Of a stretch of 9,926 nucleotides of DNA, positions 1 through 7,232 are shown in pieces; position 1 is the first letter of the stretch; each line of letters begins with the position of its first letter. The stretch comes from a virus (taxonomy: Duplodnaviria; Heunggongvirae; Uroviricota; Caudoviricetes). Both the position numbers and the translations under genes were made by a program. The DNA is taken from IMG/VR virus record IMGVR_UViG_2713896737_000012, one strand, 5' to 3'. A model generated the notes under the pieces. That model was not told the origin of the DNA. It did no database searches and worked only from the letters and a program-made list of their open reading frames with translations.

Positions 1-1849
1 CCTTCGCCAGCGCAGCCGGATTATCACCGTACACGTCCCGAAGACGCTGCGCTTCAGACTCCCGCTGCGCCTGACGGTCAGTGAGACCGCGGGCTTTTGC
101 GCTGATGGCGGCCTGCTTCGCGCTCTGCTGCTGCTCAAACCGCACCGCCTGCTGTGCCAGCTCATTCAGGCGTTTCTGGTGTTCAACTTTGTCTCCCAGC
201 TCAGCCAGCTGGCGTTTGTACTCCAGCGTCTCGTCTTTATGCGCCAGCAGGAATTTTTCCTGCTCAGATAACTGCCGTTTCGTGGCAGCCTCTTTCAGGA
301 CCGCATACTGATTTTCCGCTTTCCATAAATCGCGACGCTGCCGGCTGATTTTCTCATTCGCACCGCTGTGTTTTTCCAGCGTCCTGAGCTCGGTTTCAAG
401 CGCCAGCAGGGCAGCATGCGCCTGGTCTTCCTGACGCTCACCGGCTGACACTTTGACTCCTGACGACTTCGGCTTTTTCAGCGTCGATTCATAATCCTTT
501 TTCGCCGCCGCCATCAGCGTGTTGTAATCCGCCCGCAGGATTTTCCCGTCTTTCAGGGCCTTATTCAGTTCTTCCTGACGGGCGGTATATTTCTCCAGCG
601 GCGTCAGCAGACGCTCATACGCCTTCTGCGCCTCTCCGGTATACTTCAGCTGTGATGCGTCCCGTTCGGCCCGGTCCCTGGCGGCCAGTTCACCGGCTTT
701 TTCCATATCCGACTGCAGCGTGGCCGCTGCCAGCCCCAGACGGGCATTTTCCCGGTCATTCCATGCGCCCTGAAGGTTGGCCCGGAAAGAGGCGGTTTTT
801 CCCCGGCGCTGGCTCCGGCTCTGGTACCACTGCCATTTTTTATCCGCCTCATCAAATGCCTTCTGTGCACTGGCGAGCATATCCGCTGAGGACTCAGGAC
901 GACCGATATCCAGAATGGCATCCCACATCGATTTGAATGCCTTCCCGGTTTTATCCGCCCAGGTCTCCAGTGTCCCCATGTTTTCTTTCAGGCGACGGGT
1001 CTGCTCATCAAAGCCTTTCGTGGCGATATCGTTCGCCGCCTGTAAGGCCCCGGCCTCATCACCGGAACGCTGCAGCTGCGCAACATACGCAATCTGCTCT
1101 GCCGTCACGTTACGGAACTGGCGCACCATCGCAATCAGCCCCGACGTAGGGTCGGTGGTCAGTTTTCCGAAAGCCTCTGCAACCTTGTCCACCTCCACAC
1201 CGGATGCAGAAGCAAAACGCGCGACACTCTGGTTGATGGCATCAAACTGTTCACCACCACGCACACCGGCATTCACCAGGGCTGCCAGTGACTCTCTCGC
1301 CTGGTTAAACGTCAGCCCTGCTGCCTGCCCGGCTCTTGAGAGCGTCAGCATGCGATCGGCAGTCAGTCCGGACTGATTACCGGAAAGAACCAGGGTTTTA
1401 TTAAACGCTGAAAGCGTGGAATCTCCCTGGTACCAGGCGTACACCAGCGCACCTGTCGCCACCGCCAGCGAGGTGACCCCGACCATCGGCAGGGTGATCG
1501 CACCGGCAAGCCCCCTGAACATGGGGATCATCCCGCCGAAGGAGTCCTTCACCTGACCGCCCTGTTGCAGCAGGATCAGCCAGGGATTCTGACCACCGGC
1601 AAGCTGCGTGGCGATATCCGTAAACTGTGCGGGCAGGGTTCGCATGGCCGCTTTATACTGCCCGACGGAAATCCCGGCTTTTTGTGCAGCCAGCGCCTGG
1701 CGGCTCAGGCCCTGTTCAACAGCACTGGCGGTTTTTCTGACGTCGGTATCCAGACCTGAAAAATGACGCCTTACCCGGCTCATCTGCTCATCGAAACGGA
1801 CAGCATCCAGACTCAGGTCAATAACAAGATCACCAACCGGCTGGGACAT
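1..1849 (-). CDS. H: Tail tape measure protein, N-terminal ~616 codons; partial, continues beyond the window start
   Basis: ATG is the reverse complement of 1847-1849, preceded by a GGGAGG RBS. Hand translation (MSQPVGDLVIDLSLDAVRFDEQMSRVRRHFSG...GISVGQYKAAMRTLPAQFTDIATQLAGGQNPWLILLQQGGQVKDSFGGMIPMFRGLAG...) is open to position 1 and closely matches lambda gpH as recalled. Start overlaps the 3' end of the T frame, as in lambda. Confidence 0.88.
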   Translation of the reverse strand, partial: MSQPVGDLVIDLSLDAVRFDEQMSRVRRHFSGLDTDVRKTASAVEQGLSRQALAAQKAGISVGQYKAAMRTLPAQFTDIATQLAGGQNPWLILLQQGGQVKDSFGGMIPMFRGLAGAITLPMVGVTSLAVATGALVYAWYQGDSTLSAFNKTLVLSGNQSGLTADRMLTLSRAGQAAGLTFNQARESLAALVNAGVRGGEQFDAINQSVARFASASGVEVDKVAEAFGKLTTDPTSGLIAMVRQFRNVTAEQIAYVAQLQRSGDEAGALQAANDIATKGFDEQTRRLKENMGTLETWADKTGKAFKSMWDAILDIGRPESSADMLASAQKAFDEADKKWQWYQSRSQRRGKTASFRANLQGAWNDRENARLGLAAATLQSDMEKAGELAARDRAERDASQLKYTGEAQKAYERLLTPLEKYTARQEELNKALKDGKILRADYNTLMAAAKKDYESTLKKPKSSGVKVSAGERQEDQAHAALLALETELRTLEKHSGANEKISRQRRDLWKAENQYAVLKEAATKRQLSEQEKFLLAHKDETLEYKRQLAELGDKVEHQKRLNELAQQAVRFEQQQSAKQAAISAKARGLTDRQAQRESEAQRLRDVYGDNPAALAK

Positions 1850-2294
1850 ATCTCACACCTCCCGGAATCCCCGCTGAAGCCATCATTAATGCGGCATCAT
1901 CCACCATGACATCCGCCACATCCGCAGACGATAAAATATCGCGCCCTCCGTCCCCACCGAACCGGACGCCTCCGGCAAGTCCTGCCGCTTTCTGCATCAG
2001 CATTTTGTCCTCATCCGGCCTCTCCACCTGCTCTTCCTCATGCCGGGGGACAAGCAGACTGAAATCAGAGGGATGCATATCCGGATCGCAAAAAAACAGG
2101 CTGAGTACAGCGTACGTCAGCCCGGAAAAATGCATATCCAGCTGGGTATCCTGAAAATAATGCGTGCGGTAAAAACGGTGCCAGTCGGCATATTCGGTGG
2201 ATGTCATCCCGGCAAGCATGGCGCGCCAGTCGGGTCTCCCCATCTCACGCGCCAGTCTGAGGGCAAAGTTCAGCTCGCCGTCGAAGACTTTCCC
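1830..2294 (-). CDS. T: T-frame segment of the tail assembly chaperone, expressed only as a G-T fusion after a -1 frameshift
   Basis: The -1 frame relative to G is open from the slippery site to a TGA at 1830-1832. Its translation (...VFDGELNFALRLAREMGRPDWRAMLAGMTSTEYADWHRFYRTHYF...) matches lambda gpT as recalled. There is no independent RBS or start requirement, as in lambda. Confidence 0.75.
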   Translation of the reverse strand, partial: GKVFDGELNFALRLAREMGRPDWRAMLAGMTSTEYADWHRFYRTHYFQDTQLDMHFSGLTYAVLSLFFCDPDMHPSDFSLLVPRHEEEQVERPDEDKMLMQKAAGLAGGVRFGGDGGRDILSSADVADVMVDDAALMMASAGIPGGVRYVPAGW

Positions 2295-2701
2295 GCAGAA
2301 AAATCATCATCAGTCAGCGTGTTATTTTTCGCCACTTCAGTAATATCAGTATCCGGACGAACAGCCCCGCTCATCCCGGACAGGCACAACACCACGTCTT
2401 CCGCCCGGGCAATGGCATCGGCAGGCCAGGTGGTGAGCACTTCCTGCTCTATCTTCATCACGGCCTCATTCATTGACGGTGACTGCGTTTTCTGTGGATG
2501 GTTATGCCACAGGGACATCGCCACCAGAAACGCGCCGGTTCTGACGAGATCTTCCACGCTTACCTGCAGGTTGCCGCTGGATTCTGCCTGTTCTGCACGC
2601 CGTTTCAGGAGGGCAAGATGCTCGATACGCTGCAGCGCAGACAATTCGGAAAGCGTGACAGACACACCGTTATATTCAAATTGTTCTGTTTTCAGAAACA
2701 T
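2270..2701 (-). CDS. G: Tail assembly chaperone G
   Basis: ATG is the reverse complement of 2699-2701, preceded by a GGAGG RBS. The product MFLKTEQFEYNGVSVTLSELSALQRIEHLALLKRRAEQAE...AMSLWHNHPQKTQSPSMNEAV matches lambda gpG as recalled. The track ORF starting at 2773 is an upstream extension with no homology. Confidence 0.88.
   Translation of the reverse strand: MFLKTEQFEYNGVSVTLSELSALQRIEHLALLKRRAEQAESSGNLQVSVEDLVRTGAFLVAMSLWHNHPQKTQSPSMNEAVMKIEQEVLTTWPADAIARAEDVVLCLSGMSGAVRPDTDITEVAKNNTLTDDDFSAGKSSTAS
2288..2294 (-). promoter_or_regulatory. Programmed -1 ribosomal frameshift slippery heptamer G_GGA_AAG at the end of G
   Basis: Plus strand 2288-2294 is ctttccc, so the minus strand reads GGGAAAG in the G frame as G GGA AAG (Gly-Lys). 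This is the same heptamer and position as the lambda G/GT site, and the -1 frame continues into the T homolog. Confidence 0.8.
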
Positions 2702-2714
2702 GTATGACCTCCGT

Positions 2715-3377
2715 TTACCCTGCAGCGCCCGCTTCAGTAACGGTGACTTCAGCCACTGCGGCGAACTGACCATTTCCGCTCACCACAGGGATCTGCACCT
2801 TACCTGTCGCCACGCCGTTTACCGTAATTGTCATATCTTTCACACTAATGGTGGCTTTCGACGGATCGGCGGAAACCGCTCTGAACGTCTTGTCTGTTGC
2901 ACTTTCCGGCTCAAAAGAAACCGTCAGGGTGGTTGTTTTCCCTTTTGCCACCGTACCGGATGTCGGCGTCACCTTAATCGCACTGACCGGCGTAATTTTG
3001 CTGCGTTCTTCCGCTACAGAAGGTTTACCCACGTTAGTGACTTTCACCGTGCGGGTGATCACTTCTTTCGCCGTCACGGCCTTACCGATACTGCTGACCC
3101 AGCCACGAAACACATCCACCGTGCCATTCGGAAAACGGATTTTATAGGCCCGGACATCGCCGCTTTCAAACCAGCCTATAAGCCCTTTCTGGCCTTCCTC
3201 TCCCGGTTTCCAGGCCAGCGTAAAACTGGTATCACCTGCAGATTTCTGCCCCTGCCCGGTCGCGGTCCAGTCCGCGTCTTCATCATCCAGGTAGTTATCA
3301 TCGTAGGATTCTGCCGTCATCTCGCCCGGCGTCAGATCCTTCACCTTAGCCAGTCGCTGCCAGTCATCGTCTGACAA
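2715..3377 (-). CDS. V: Major tail (tube) protein V with C-terminal Ig-like domain; native N-terminus and start codon missing
   Basis: Translation (...[58 protein letters not shown]...[41 protein letters not shown]...) matches lambda gpV. The same frame is open upstream to a stop at 3498-3500 and already encodes [12 protein letters not shown] (lambda V residues ~9-20), but contains no ATG or GTG. The track start at 3377 is a TTG. Stop TAA at 2715-2717. Confidence 0.75.
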   Translation of the reverse strand: MSDDDWQRLAKVKDLTPGEMTAESYDDNYLDDEDADWTATGQGQKSAGDTSFTLAWKPGEEGQKGLIGWFESGDVRAYKIRFPNGTVDVFRGWVSSIGKAVTAKEVITRTVKVTNVGKPSVAEERSKITPVSAIKVTPTSGTVAKGKTTTLTVSFEPESATDKTFRAVSADPSKATISVKDMTITVNGVATGKVQIPVVSGNGQFAAVAEVTVTEAGAAG

Positions 3378-3436
3378 CGGGTTTGCATAGGCGTCACCCT
3401 GACCGTTATAAACCCACAGGGTGGTACCGGCTCCTT

Positions 3437-3703
3437 TTACCGGCTCCAGGGGAATTCGTGTTTCGGCTTGACGTAGCCCGGACGTAACACGCGGGTTTCA
3501 CCACCGCGATGACGCAGCACTTTTCCTTCAACAACCGGGGAGACATAGGCCGCCACCGGCGTTTTTCCGGTAATTTTGTCCAGCATCACCTCTTCGGTAT
3601 GGAAATTCACCGTACGGCGGAAAAACAGCTCCAGAAACAGCGCACGAAATTTCACTTTTTGTTCGGTATAACCGAGTAACTGGCGGGTCGTAAACAATCC
3701 CAT
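3437..3703 (-). pseudogene. E: Major capsid protein E remnant: about 82 N-terminal codons, then 5 out-of-frame codons and a stop
   Basis: ATG is the reverse complement of 3701-3703 with an AAAGGAAC RBS. MGLFTTRQLLGYTEQKVKFRALFLELFFRR...[31 protein letters not shown] aligns with the lambda gpE N-terminus (MSMYTTAQLLAANEQKFKFDPLFLRLFFRE...PGYVKPKHE). Homology stops at ...KPKHE and the frame then reads FPWSR-stop. Lambda gpE is about 341 aa. Confidence 0.8.
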
Positions 3704-3731
3704 AAATCAGTTCCTTTCATTCAGAAATCAG

Positions 3732-3753
3732 TCAGGCCACCGCGGTGGCCTGA
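3732..3753. promoter_or_regulatory. Perfect 22-bp palindrome TCAGGCCACCGCGGTGGCCTGA in the D-E intergenic space; predicted GC-rich RNA hairpin
   Basis: Read directly from the sequence: it is self-complementary over 22 bp, lies 8 nt past the D stop codon (3761-3763) and about 28 nt before the E start (3703). A function as attenuator, terminator or processing site is inferred only. Confidence 0.45.
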
Positions 3754-3760
3754 TAACGTG

Positions 3761-4108
3761 TTACGGCAGCGCCGCGTGACTCAGGGCACTGCCGGCAAAG
3801 GCATTTGCCTTTTTGTGTTCATCCACACTTTCAGGCCAGCGGATTGCCTCCGTCGCAAAGGTCCCCGACTTGTAATAGGTCAGTACCGTCTCTGTGCCTT
3901 CAAGCGGCAGTACCAGTATGCCAACTGCACTACCGGCTTTCTGTCCGTCCCAGACCACCAGTTTCCCGCTGGCTTCATCCAGCATCAGGGGCGTCAGTGC
4001 CGGTGTTGCCGAGGAAATCCCGCTGCTGCCTGTGGCGGTATGAGCCGGATCATTACCGGCAAAAATACGTACTTCCGCACGCTGTTCAGTGATGTTTTTC
4101 GTTACCAT
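3761..4108 (-). CDS. D: Head decoration protein D
   Basis: ATG is the reverse complement of 4106-4108 with a GGAGG RBS. The 115-aa product (...NDPAHTATGSSGISSATPALTPLMLDEASGKLVVWDG...YYKSGTFATEAIRWPE...) matches lambda gpD (110 aa; [37 protein letters not shown]...FYKSGTFRYEDVLWPE). Confidence 0.9.
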   Translation of the reverse strand: MVTKNITEQRAEVRIFAGNDPAHTATGSSGISSATPALTPLMLDEASGKLVVWDGQKAGSAVGILVLPLEGTETVLTYYKSGTFATEAIRWPESVDEHKKANAFAGSALSHAALP

Positions 4109-4144
4109 ATTGTAAAAACCTCCTGTTGATGGTCAGCACTGACT

Positions 4145-4960
4145 TCATGGCATGGCCATGAGCATTTTCACGTCCGCATCACCGTCTGCTGACGTCTGTG
4201 GCACGCCACCCTGTACCGCAGCCGGTGAATGGTTCGCCATGATGCGTTCAAACAGGGCGGTTGTGGATGCAGAGACCGGTTCTGCCTTACCTGATCCCGC
4301 AGCCAGCACAGCCCGGGCGCTCTCCACAGTCATTCCCGGGCAGGCAGCCAGCTGTTCAGCCTGCGCCTCAGCCCCTTTTGCCTCATCCAGTGCCATGATC
4401 TGATCACGGAGTGAGGGTCCGGCATCCGCCTGCGGTGAAGCAGCCAGGATCGGGCGGGCTTTTTCCACCGTCATCTCCGGCATCGCCGCCAGCGTTGCCG
4501 CCAGTTGTTCACGACCGTTCGCTTCTTCACACGCCATAATGCGATCGGCTTCACTCTGCGTGGATGCCACCGGCTGCTGCGGTGCCGCCGCGGCCAGAAT
4601 CGCCCGGGCCTGTTCAACGCTCATGCCCTGTTGTCCTGCCAGCATCGTGGCAAGCTGTTCACGTCCTTTCGCTTCCTGGCATGTCAGGATCCCCATCACT
4701 CGCTGGTTCTCCTGCGCGGCGGCTTCCGTTGCAGTTAATTGCGGCATAGTGCCTCCTCTGACATTACTGTTCAGCGCCGTGGCCATCACACTGATGGCAT
4801 CCGACGCATTGACTAATTCATCCGCCAGCCCGGCATCAATGCCGGACTGACCTTCAAAAACGGCGGCCTCTGTTCCCGTGACGGCATCAACAGACAGACC
4901 GGTAAACATGGCCACTTTTTCGGCAAACATCCGGCGCGCCGCATCAATGCGCTGCTGCAT
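4145..4960 (-). CDS. nu3: Possible nested in-frame scaffold protein (Nu3-like) from an internal start within C
   Basis: In lambda, Nu3 is translated from an internal in-frame start in C. Here an internal ATG (reverse complement of 4958-4960; Met231 in MQQRIDAARRMFAEK) sits 4 codons upstream of the position aligned to the lambda Nu3 start, with a weak GAGG about 11 nt upstream. This is by analogy only. Confidence 0.3.
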   Translation of the reverse strand: MQQRIDAARRMFAEKVAMFTGLSVDAVTGTEAAVFEGQSGIDAGLADELVNASDAISVMATALNSNVRGGTMPQLTATEAAAQENQRVMGILTCQEAKGREQLATMLAGQQGMSVEQARAILAAAAPQQPVASTQSEADRIMACEEANGREQLAATLAAMPEMTVEKARPILAASPQADAGPSLRDQIMALDEAKGAEAQAEQLAACPGMTVESARAVLAAGSGKAEPVSASTTALFERIMANHSPAAVQGGVPQTSADGDADVKMLMAMP

Positions 4961-5650
4961 GTTCTGGCGAACCTCTGCCGGTAAGGCTTCAAACTGATTG
5001 CCATCCACCTTGTGCGCCCCTGAGTAAATCAGCGTGATATCCACACCGGCCTGCGCCAGATGACCGGCATAGCTGACATGGCTCATCATCACGCCAATGG
5101 AGCCGATACGGGATGTCTGGGTAACCAGCCGTCGGGAGCAGGCCGACGCCAGCAGCATGGCTGCAGAACAGGCCGTGTCATTGCACAGTGCCCAGACCGG
5201 CTTCTGCTGACGGAGGCGGTAAATCATGTCAGCGCAGTCAAACGCGCCGGCGGCCTGCCCGCCCGGACTGTCAATGTCCAGCAGTACGCCCCGCACCTGG
5301 CTATCCGCCATTGCCTGCTGAAGACAGGCGACAATGCCGTCATAGCCTGTCATTCCGGAAAATGGCCGCATACCCCCCAGCCGGTGCACCAGCGTGCCGG
5401 TCACCGGCAGTACAGCAATACCGTTCACCACCCGGTAAACACGGGCCGGTCGTTTACCTCCGGCCATGTACTCGTCCGTTTCAGCCAGCATTCCGGGAGC
5501 ATCAAGCTGTACCTGCTGCTGTGGTACCGAAAGACTTGCTGCCCCCATCTCGCGCCCGAGCGCGCAAAAGAAAACCCGCGCATAGGCGGGCTCCAGAAGC
5601 AGCGGTTCATTGAATGCTGCGGCAATAATGTGTGAAAGATTACGTCTCAC
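4145..5650 (-). CDS. C: Head maturation protease / minor capsid protein C (S49 SppA-like) with a repeat-containing scaffold-like C-terminal region
   Basis: The 501-aa ORF has an N-terminus RRNLSHIIAAAFNEPLLLEPAYARVFFCAL matching lambda gpC (LRNLPHIASMAFNEPLMLEPAYARVFFCAL) and a conserved core (...PVWALCNDTACSAAMLLASACSRRLVTQTSRIGSIGVMM...LIYSGAHKVDGN...). The most upstream start in frame is a GTG (reverse complement of 5648-5650), overlapping the 3' end of B as in lambda. Exact start is uncertain. Confidence 0.88.
   Translation of the reverse strand: MRRNLSHIIAAAFNEPLLLEPAYARVFFCALGREMGAASLSVPQQQVQLDAPGMLAETDEYMAGGKRPARVYRVVNGIAVLPVTGTLVHRLGGMRPFSGMTGYDGIVACLQQAMADSQVRGVLLDIDSPGGQAAGAFDCADMIYRLRQQKPVWALCNDTACSAAMLLASACSRRLVTQTSRIGSIGVMMSHVSYAGHLAQAGVDITLIYSGAHKVDGNQFEALPAEVRQNMQQRIDAARRMFAEKVAMFTGLSVDAVTGTEAAVFEGQSGIDAGLADELVNASDAISVMATALNSNVRGGTMPQLTATEAAAQENQRVMGILTCQEAKGREQLATMLAGQQGMSVEQARAILAAAAPQQPVASTQSEADRIMACEEANGREQLAATLAAMPEMTVEKARPILAASPQADAGPSLRDQIMALDEAKGAEAQAEQLAACPGMTVESARAVLAAGSGKAEPVSASTTALFERIMANHSPAAVQGGVPQTSADGDADVKMLMAMP
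4256..4702 (-). repeat. Three diverged in-frame tandem repeats (~144-159 bp; ~48-53 aa) in the C/scaffold C-terminal region
   Basis: Protein units: RVMGILTCQEAKGREQLATMLAGQQGMSVEQARAILAAAAPQQP..., RIMACEEANGREQLAATLAAMPEMTVEKARPILAASPQ..., IMALDEAKGAEAQAEQLAACPGMTVESARAVLAAGSG.... DNA units are similar but not identical, so the duplication is old. Confidence 0.7.
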
Positions 5651-7232
5651 GGGGTGTTGTCTCCTCTTCCGGCCTGCGACTCTCCGCTATCTGCTGCTGA
5701 TACGCCTGCGCTATCCACACCGGACGTGAGAGTCCGGCTTTTTGCCGCTCTGCAGATTCCCTGACCTGCTGGCGGAAAATGTCCTGATAATCCTCGCCCA
5801 TCAGCGCCGGCTCTTTCTCATACGTGCTCAGTCCGGCCTCAATGCGCATCACCGATTCCTGAACCTCCTTGAGCCCGTCAATGGCCATTCTTCCGGCACC
5901 AATCCACTCTGCCCGTGACCAGGCTGATCGCGCCTGATAAAAATCAAAACGCGCCCGTGGCGGACGGATAATCCCCCGAAGAAGTGCCTCTTCCAGCCAG
6001 TAGGAAAACATCTGCGTGGCCAGCCGGGCCGCAATAAATTTTCGCCGCCCCATAAAATAGCGCCACGACTCATTGGCAGAGGCCCTGGCACTTGAATAAC
6101 TGACCTTCGAGTAATCACGGGACAACTGTTCGTAGGAAACGCCAAGACCGGCGGCGATATACCGCAGCAGCGCCTGTTCAAGCGCCGAAAATCCATTGTC
6201 TGAATCCTGCGCAGTCTGTAGTTTCAGATCATCCCCGGGGAAAAGGTGCGGAATTTTGACACCACCCAGCGTCACGTTATTCGTGTCATACCAGCTGGAG
6301 AACTTCTCCAGAATATTAATAAGCGGATTATCCTTCTGCCCCTGCGGCGCACCGGCGATATATTCAAAGGCCTTTTCGGTATCAAGGTCACTTTCAATCG
6401 TCGCTGCATACATGGCTTTCACAATGGCCGACTGAAGCTGTGTTGCCTGCAGGGAATCGAGCATCTTCAGCCGTTCCATGACGCTGTAAAACTGGTTGGC
6501 CCCACGGGTCTGCCCGTCCTCCACCGGCTCGAAAATATGCAGCATGGCCGGACGCCCGGTGGGAAGTTCACGCGGGATCCGTTCCCATCGTCCACTCCCG
6601 GAGCGAGGAAAATCATCCTCACAGATATGGTACGCAACGGCACGGCCATATCGATCGACCTCCACCCCGGCCCGCAGAAAACGGTTCCCCATACCGTGTC
6701 CTGGCGTGTCCACCCGTTTCGGACTCACGGCTTTAAAACGCGTACGGAATAACTGCGTGGTTTCCGTATCCCAGACCGGCTGCACAAAGATTTCGCCGTT
6801 AAACGCATGAACGCCCACACCTTCACGGATAAATTCCGTGAACGTGCGTTTTCCTTCCACGTCGATCTCGCCAGACATCCCTTCGGCGTATTCCGACCAG
6901 GCCGCCTCCACCTCATCGACAAAGCTTTTTGCTGCGGTCTCCCGCATCCCCAGCCAGCGCCAGTTCGGACGGTAGCTGATAAGAAACATATGCCCGACAA
7001 TGTGATCCTTATGCAGTGCCACCGCATTGGCCGCTATTCCGTTATTGCGCACCAGATCATCTGCCCGGGCATTCCCCAGACGCAACGCGGGCAGCAGGGC
7101 CGCATCGGCACTCTGCGCCGGTGGCAACCACTCCGCCATTTGCCCGCCAAATCCTGCACCGCCCCCGTTGTAGCTGAGACTCTCACGAAGCGGAACGCCG
7201 TTCACATCAATCAGGACAGGCGTTCGTTTCAT
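5640..7232 (-). CDS. B: Portal protein
   Basis: 530-aa ORF with ATG as the reverse complement of 7230-7232, overlapping the W stop as ATGA. It matches lambda gpB (533 aa) throughout, e.g. ALLPALRLGNARADDLVRNNG, FEPVEDGQTRGANQFYSVMERLKMLDSLQATQLQSAIVKAMYAATIES, LLRYIAAGLGVSYEQLSR, GRMAIDGLKEVQESVMRIEAGLSTYEKE. Confidence 0.93.
   Translation of the reverse strand: MKRTPVLIDVNGVPLRESLSYNGGGAGFGGQMAEWLPPAQSADAALLPALRLGNARADDLVRNNGIAANAVALHKDHIVGHMFLISYRPNWRWLGMRETAAKSFVDEVEAAWSEYAEGMSGEIDVEGKRTFTEFIREGVGVHAFNGEIFVQPVWDTETTQLFRTRFKAVSPKRVDTPGHGMGNRFLRAGVEVDRYGRAVAYHICEDDFPRSGSGRWERIPRELPTGRPAMLHIFEPVEDGQTRGANQFYSVMERLKMLDSLQATQLQSAIVKAMYAATIESDLDTEKAFEYIAGAPQGQKDNPLINILEKFSSWYDTNNVTLGGVKIPHLFPGDDLKLQTAQDSDNGFSALEQALLRYIAAGLGVSYEQLSRDYSKVSYSSARASANESWRYFMGRRKFIAARLATQMFSYWLEEALLRGIIRPPRARFDFYQARSAWSRAEWIGAGRMAIDGLKEVQESVMRIEAGLSTYEKEPALMGEDYQDIFRQQVRESAERQKAGLSRPVWIAQAYQQQIAESRRPEEETTPRET

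Noticed and set aside
777-1376. 199-aa plus-strand ORF, and the neighbouring small plus-strand ORFs at 81-1149
   Set aside because: Antisense to the continuous tape-measure H reading frame; no RBS or homology.
2702-2773. Track start of the G ORF at 2773 ([24 protein letters not shown]...)
   Set aside because: The extension overlaps the V coding end and has no homology. MFLKTEQFEY at 2701 aligns with the lambda gpG N-terminus and has a GGAGG RBS.
2040-3374. 444-aa plus-strand ORF, the longest plus-strand ORF in the track
   Set aside because: It is entirely antisense to the V, G and T homologs, which have strong lambda similarity on the minus strand. Its translation is low-complexity and rich in R, C and H, with no recognisable domain. 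It is the usual open antisense frame of GC-rich coding DNA.
3437-3460. Possibility that E-prime and V are fused by a programmed -1 frameshift, since the frame offset has the same sign as G to T
   Set aside because: No X_XXY_YYZ slippery heptamer is present in the E frame at the junction, and the missing ~260 E codons and four genes are better explained by deletion.
4109-4144. Imperfect inverted repeat (GGTCAGCACTGACT) between C and D as a regulatory hairpin
   Set aside because: Short and imperfect; it overlaps the D RBS region and is not distinguishable from chance.
5060-5635. Plus-strand ORFs of 191 and 141 aa (5060-5635, 5188-5613)
   Set aside because: Antisense to the protease C core region; Pro/Arg/Ala-rich translations typical of spurious frames.
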